Assembly: GCA_964016885.1 (NCBI GenBank)
Contig: CAXHJY010001429.1
Coordinates: 1-64,000, forward strand
Direction of reading: 5' to 3'
DNA length: 64,000 nucleotides
From: Eledone cirrhosa
Taxonomy: Eukaryota
Part shown: positions 57,301 through 64,000 of the stretch, piece by piece
Numbering within the stretch: the stretch's first letter is position 1
Layout: every line of letters starts with the position of its first letter
The notes under the pieces: generated by a model
What the model saw: only the letters and a program-made list of their open reading frames with translations
What the model was told of the DNA's origin: nothing
Databases searched by the model: none
Position numbers and translations under genes: made by a program

Positions 57301-57391
57301 CACACCATTCGCCGGCGGACTTTGTTGACGTTTAACACGGTTTGGTTCCACAGCCACAACTATTGAATTTACGGAGATATCTTGCTGAAAT
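48310..57391. repeat. Higher-order repeat: two tandem copies of a 20-monomer (4541 bp) block
   Basis: Private alleles ccgcaggc (~50225/~54766) and gtaacag (units 52397/56938), and the 228-bp unit (51488/56029), are all offset by 4541 = 20x227+1. Confidence 0.92.
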
Positions 57392-60300
57392 TCACGCCAC
57401 ACATAGCCAATGAGTGTCTGCACATGTACCAGTAATTACAGATCGATCCGACCACGGGCGGCCGGCCCGCGATTGAAAAGGTAACTCCGCCGGCAAATCG
57501 TCATTTTTGGATTCGTTTTCTTCGAAGCACACCATTCGCCGGCGGACTTTGTTGACGTTTAACACGGTTTGGTTCCACAGCCACAACTATTGAATTCACG
57601 GAGATATCTTGCTGAAATTCACGCCACACATAGCCAATGAGTGTCTGCACATGTACCAGTAATTACAGATCGATCCGACCACGGGCGGCCGGCCCGCGAT
57701 TGAAAAGGTAACTCCGCCGGCAAATCGTCATTTTTGGATTCGTTTTCTTCGAAGCACACCATTCGCCGGCGGACTTTGTTGACGTTTAACACGGTTTGGT
57801 TCCACAGCCACAACTATTGATTTTACGGAGATATCTTGCTGAAATTCACGCCGCACATAGCCAATGAGTGTCTGCACATGTACCAGTAATTACAGATCTA
57901 TCCGACCACGGGCGGCCGGCCCGCGATTGAAAAGGTAACTCCGCCGGCAAATCGTCATTTTTGGATTCGTTTTCTTCGAAGCACACCATTCGCCGGCGGA
58001 CTTTGTTGACGTTTAACACGGTTTGGTTCCACAGCCACAACTATTGATTTTACGGAGATATCTTGCTGAAATTCACGCCACACATAGCCAATGAGTGTCT
58101 GAACATGTACCAGTAATTACAGATCGATCCGACCACGGGCGGCCGGCCCGCGATTGAAAAGGTAACTCCGCCGGCAAATCGTCATTTTTGGATTCGTTTT
58201 CTTCGAAGCACACCATTCGCCGGCGGACTTTGTTGACGTTTAACACGGTTTGGTTCCACAGCCACAACTATTGAATTTACGGAGATATCTTGCTGAAATT
58301 CACGCCACACATAGCCAATGAGTGTCTGCACATGTACCAGTAATTACAGATCGATCCGACCACGGGCGGCCGGCCCGCGATTGAAAAGGTAACTCCGCCG
58401 GCAAATCGTCATTTTTGGATTCGTTTTCTTCGAAGCACACCATTCGCCGGCGGACTTTGTTGACGTTTAACACGGTTTGGTTCCACAGCCACAACTATTG
58501 ATTTTACGGAGATATCTTGCTGAAATTCACGCCGCACATAGCCAATGAGTGTCTGCACATGTACCAGTAATTACAGATCGATCCGACCACGGGCGGCCGG
58601 CCCGCGATTGAAAAGGTAACTCCGCCGGCAAATCGTCATTTTTGGATTCGTTTTCTTCGAAGCACACCATTCGCCGGCGGACTTTGTTGACGTTTAACAC
58701 GGTTTGGTTCCACAGCCACAACTATTGATTTTACGGAGATATCTTGCTGAAATTCACGCCGCACATAGCCAATGAGTGTCTGCACATGTACCAGTAATTA
58801 CAGATCTATCCGACCACGGGCGGCCGGCCCGCGATTGAAAAGGTAACTCCGCCGGCAAATCGTCATTTTTGGATTCGTTTTCTTCGAAGCACACCATTCG
58901 CCGGCGGACTTTGTTGACGTTTAACACGGTTTGGTTCCACAGCCACAACTATTGATTTTACGGAGATATCTTGCTGAAATTCACGCCGCACATAGCCAAT
59001 GAGTGTCTGCACATGTACCAGTAATTACAGATCGATCCGACCACGGGCGGCCGGTCCGCGATTGAAGAGGTAACTCCGCCGGCAAATCGTCATTTTTGGA
59101 TTCGTTTTCTTCGAAGCACACCATTCGCCGGCGGACTTTGTTGACGTTTAACACGGTTTGGTTCCACAGCCACAACTATTGAATTCACGGAGATATCTTG
59201 CTGAAATTCACGCCACACATAGCCAATGAGTGTCTGCACATGTACCAGTAATTACAGATCGATCCGACCACGGGCGGCCGGCCCGCGATTGAAAAGGTAA
59301 CTCCGCCGGCAAATCGTCATTTTTGGATTCGTTTTCTTCGAAGCACACCATTCGCCGGCGGACTTTGTTGACGTTTAACACGGTTTGGTTCCACAGCCAC
59401 AACTATTGATTTTACGGAGATATCTTGCTGAAATTCACGCCGCACATAGCCAATGAGTGTCTGCACATGTACCAGTAATTACAGATCGATCCGACCACGG
59501 GCGGCCGGCCCGCGATTGAAAAGGTAACTCCGCCGGCAAATCGTCATTTTTGGATTCGTTTTCTTCGAAGCACACCATTCGCCGGCGGACTTTGTTGATC
59601 TTTTAACACGGTTTGGTTCCACAGCCACAACTATTGATTTTACGGAGATATCTTGCTGAAATTCACGCCGCACATAGCCAATGAGTGTCTGCACATGTAC
59701 CAGTAATTACAGATCGATCCGACCACGGGCGGCCGGCCCGCGATTGAAAAGGTAACTCCGCCGGCAAATCGTCATTTTTGGATTCGTTTTCTTCGAAGCA
59801 CACCATTCGCCGGCGGACTTTGTTGACGTTTAACACGGTTTGGTTCCACAGCCACAACTATTGATTTTACGGAGATATCTTGCTGAAATTCACGCCACAC
59901 ATAGCCAATGAGTGTCTGCACATGTACCAGTAATTACAGATCGATCCGACCACGGGCGGCCGGCCCGCGATTAAAAAGGTAACTCCGCCGGCAAATCGTC
60001 ATTTTTGGATTCGTTTTCTTCGAAGCACACCATTCGCCGGCGGACTTTGTTGACGTTTAACACGGTTTGGTTCCACAGCCACAACTATTGAATTTACGGA
60101 GATATCTTGCTGAAATTCACGCCACACATAGCCAATGAGTGTCTGCACATGTACCAGTAATTACAGATCGATCTGACCACGGGCGGCCGGCCCGCGATTG
60201 AAAAGGTAACTCCGCCGGCAAATCGTCATTTTTGGATTCGTTTTCTTCGAAGCACACCATTCGCCGGCGGACTTTGTTGACGTTTAACACGGTTTGGTTC

Positions 60301-63300
60301 CACAGCCACAACTATTGATTTTACGGAGATATCTTGCTGAAATTCACGCCGCACATAGCCAATGAGTGTCTGCACATGTACCAGTAATTACAGATCGATC
60401 CGACCACGGGCGGCCGGCCCGCGATTGAAAAGGTAACTCCGCCGGCAAATCGTCATTTTTGGATTCGTTTTCTTCGAAGCACACCATTCGCCGGCGGACA
60501 TTGTTGACGTTTAACACGGTTTGGTTCCACAGCCACAACTATTGATTTTACGGAGATATCTTGCTGAAATTCACGCCACACATAGCCAATGAGTGTCTGC
60601 ACATGTACCAGTAATTACAGATCGATCCGACCACGGGCGGCCGGCCCGCGATTGAAAAGGTAACTCCGCCGGCAAATCGTCATTTTTGGATTCGTTTTCT
60701 TCGAAGCACACCATTCGCCGGCGGACTTTGTTGACGTTTAACACGGTTTGGTTCCACAGCCACAACTATTGAATTTACGGAGATATCTTGCTGAAATTCA
60801 CGCCACACATAGCCAATGAGTGTCTGCACATGTACCAGTAATTACAGATCGATCCGACCACGGGCGGCCGGCCCGCGATTGAAAAGGTAACTCCGCCGGC
60901 AAATCGTCATTTTTGGATTCGTTTTCTTCGAAGCACACCATTCGCCGGCGGACTTTGTTGACGTTTAACACGGTTTGGTTCCACAGCCACAACTATTGAT
61001 TTTACGGAGATATCTTGCTGAAATTCACGCCGCACATAGCCAATGAGTGTCTGCACATGTACCAGTAATTACAGATCGATCCGACCACGGGCGGCCGGCC
61101 CGCGATTGAAAAGGTAACTCCGCCGGCAAATCGTCATTTTTGGATTCGTTTTCTTCGAAGCACACCATTCGCCGGCGGACTTTGTTGACGTTTAACACGG
61201 TTTGGTTCCACAGCCACAACTATTGATTTTACGGAGATATCTTGCTGAAATTCACGCCGCACATAGCCAATGAGTGTCTGCACATGTACCAGTAATTACA
61301 GATCTATCCGACCACGGGCGGCCGGCCCGCGATTGAAAAGGTAACTCCGCCGGCAAATCGTCATTTTTGGATTCGTTTTCTTCGAAGCACACCATTCGCC
61401 GGCGGACTTTGTTGACGTTTAACACGGTTTGGTTCCACAGCCACAACTATTGAATTTACGGAGATATCTTGCTGAAATTCACGCCACACATAGCCAATGA
61501 GTGTCTGCACATGTACCAGTAATTACAGATCGATCCGACCACGGGCGGCCGGCCCGCGATTGAAAAGGTAACTCCGCCGGCAAATCGTCATTTTTGGATT
61601 CGTTTTCTTCGAAGCACACCATTCGCCGGCGGACTTTGTTGACGTTTAACACGGTTTGGTTCCACAGCCACAACTATTGATTTTACGGAGATATCTTGCT
61701 GAAATTCACGCCGCACATAGCCAATGAGTGTCTGCACATGTACCAGTAATTACAGATCGATCCGACCACGGGCGGCCGGCCCGCGATTGAAAAGGTAACT
61801 CCGCCGGCAAATCGTCATTTTTGGATTCGTTTTCTTCGAAGCACACCATTCGCCGGCGGACTTTGTTGACGTTTAACACGGTTTGGTTCCACAGCCACAA
61901 CTATTGATTTTACGGAGATATCTTGCTGAAATTCACGCCGCACATAGCCAATGAGTGTCTGCACATGTACCAGTAATTACAGATCGATCCGACCACGGGC
62001 GGCCGGCCCGCGATTGAAAAGGTAACTCCGCCGGCAAATCGTCATTTTTGGATTCGTTTTCTTCGAAGCACACCATTCGCCGGCGGACTTTGTTGACGTT
62101 TAACACGGTTTGGTTCCACAGCCACAACTATTGATTTTACGGAGATATCTTGCTGAAATTCACGCCGCACATAGCCAATGAGTGTCTGCACATGTACCAG
62201 TAATTACAGATCGATCCGACCACGGGCGGCCGGCCCGCGATTGAAAAGGTAACTCCGCCGGCAAATCGTCATTTTTGGATTCGTTTTCTTCGAAGCACAC
62301 CATTCGCCGGCGGACTTTGTTGACGTTTAACACGGTTTGGTTCCACAGCCACAACTATTGATTTTACGGAGATATCTTGCTGAAATTCACGCCGCACATA
62401 GCCAATGAGTGTCTGCACATGTACCAGTAATTACAGATCTATCCGACCACGGGCGGCCGGCCCGCGATTGAAAAGGTAACTCCGCCGGCAAATCGTCATT
62501 TTTGGATTCGTTTTCTTCGAAGCACACCATTCGCCGGCGGACTTTGTTGACGTTTAACACGGTTTGGTTCCACAGCCACAACTATTGAATTTACGGAGAT
62601 ATCTTGCTGAAATTCACGCCACACATAGCCAATGAGTGTCTGCACATGTACCAGTAATTACAGATCGATCCGACCACGGGCGGCCGGCCCGCGATTGAAA
62701 AGGTAACTCCGCCGGCAAATCGTCATTTTTGGATTCGTTTTCTTCGAAGCACACCATTCGCCGGCGGACTTTGTTGACGTTTAACACGGTTTGGTTCCAC
62801 AGCCACAACTATTGATTTTACGGAGATATCTTGCTGAAATTCACGCCGCACATAGCCAATGAGTGTCTGCACATGTACCAGTAATTACAGATCGATCCGA
62901 CCACGGGCGGCCGGCCCGCGATTGAAAAGGTAACTCCGCCGGCAAATCGTCATTTTTGGATTCGTTTTCTTCGAAGCACACCATTCGCCGGCGGACTTTG
63001 TTGACGTTTAACACGGTTTGGTTCCACAGCCACAACTATTGATTTTACGGAGATATCTTGCTGAAATTCACGCCGCACATAGCCAATGAGTGTCTGCACA
63101 TGTACCAGTAATTACAGATCTATCCGACCACGGGCGGCCGGCCCGCGATTGAAAAGGTAACTCCGCCGGCAAATCGTCATTTTTGGATTCGTTTTCTTCG
63201 AAGCACACCATTCGCCGGCGGACTTTGTTGACGTTTAACACGGTTTGGTTCCACAGCCACAACTATTGATTTTACGGAGATATCTTGCTGAAATTCACGC

Positions 63301-64000
63301 CGCACATAGCCAATGAGTGTCTGCACATGTACCAGTAATTACAGATCGATCCGACCACGGGCGGCCGGTCCGCGATTGAAGAGGTAACTCCGCCGGCAAA
63401 TCGTCATTTTTGGATTCGTTTTCTTCGAAGCACACCATTCGCCGGCGGACTTTGTTGACGTTTAACACGGTTTGGTTCCACAGCCACAACTATTGAATTC
63501 ACGGAGATATCTTGCTGAAATTCACGCCACACATAGCCAATGAGTGTCTGCACATGTACCAGTAATTACAGATCGATCCGACCACGGGCGGCCGGCCCGC
63601 GATTGAAAAGGTAACTCCGCCGGCAAATCGTCATTTTTGGATTCGTTTTCTTCGAAGCACACCATTCGCCGGCGGACTTTGTTGACGTTTAACACGGTTT
63701 GGTTCCACAGCCACAACTATTGATTTTACGGAGATATCTTGCTGAAATTCACGCCGCACATAGCCAATGAGTGTCTGCACATGTACCAGTAATTACAGAT
63801 CGATCCGACCACGGGCGGCCGGCCCGCGATTGAAAAGGTAACTCCGCCGGCAAATCGTCATTTTTGGATTCGTTTTCTTCGAAGCACACCATTCGCCGGC
63901 GGACTTTGTTGATCTTTTAACACGGTTTGGTTCCACAGCCACAACTATTGATTTTACGGAGATATCTTGCTGAAATTCACGCCGCACATAGCCAATGAGT

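Larger units (their letters stand above)
1..64000. repeat. Satellite-like tandem array, 227-bp monomer, ~282 head-to-tail copies, running off both window ends
   Basis: The same unit recurs throughout. The ORF track steps by exactly 227 bp from 5402 to 36047 (135 units) and afterwards shifts only by +1 at each 228-bp variant. No unique or inverted sequence seen. Confidence 0.99.

Noticed and set aside
1994-63716. Repeated 64-aa minus-strand ORF (MWLWNQTVLNVNKVRRR...) as a multicopy gene
   Set aside because: No recognisable domain and only 32 bp between copies. A nonsense allele (gattaaaa, ~23 units), start-disrupting alleles, a stop-loss and a frameshift all propagate freely, and many variants are non-synonymous, so there is no sign of coding constraint.
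1-64000. CRISPR array or other repeat-spacer/guide array
   Set aside because: No unique spacers; the entire 227 bp is repeated and no cas or other genes are present.
1-64000. Rolling-circle/MDA concatemer of one small circle, or a synthetic polylinker multimer (many restriction sites)
   Set aside because: Nested, position-specific haplotype blocks require a multi-step mutational history, and the sites are not arranged like a known cloning site.
5402-64000. The G/A dimorphism (cacgccRcac) pattern as an information-bearing code
   Set aside because: The pattern is adequately explained by block duplication and recombination; no independent periodicity or reading mechanism is evident.

Overview
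The whole 64 kb is one uninterrupted head-to-tail tandem array of about 282 copies (64000/227) of a 227-bp monomer. The monomer is about 49% GC and has 19-20 CpG (hand count). Outside the first ~5.3 kb, copies typically differ from consensus at only 0-3 positions. There is no unique sequence, inversion, transposon insertion or credible gene; the repeated 64-aa minus-strand ORF is a by-product of the repeat. This is the architecture of satellite DNA, most plausibly eukaryotic and possibly (peri)centromeric, but I cannot identify the organism or satellite family. About 24 variant alleles, most of them recurrent, act as barcodes. They reveal nested higher-order duplications (tandem 22-, 20-, 7- and 6-mers plus dispersed blocks) and two sub-domains with different private alleles (left of ~31 kb versus right of ~36 kb). 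The monomer is rich in dyad symmetry, with six perfect 8-bp palindromes and a 13-bp inverted repeat. It also carries a consensus CCAAT box followed by a GC box. The first ~5.3 kb has sporadic indels typical of a poorly polished contig end. I found no evidence for a new protein-coding system; the functional ideas below are speculative.
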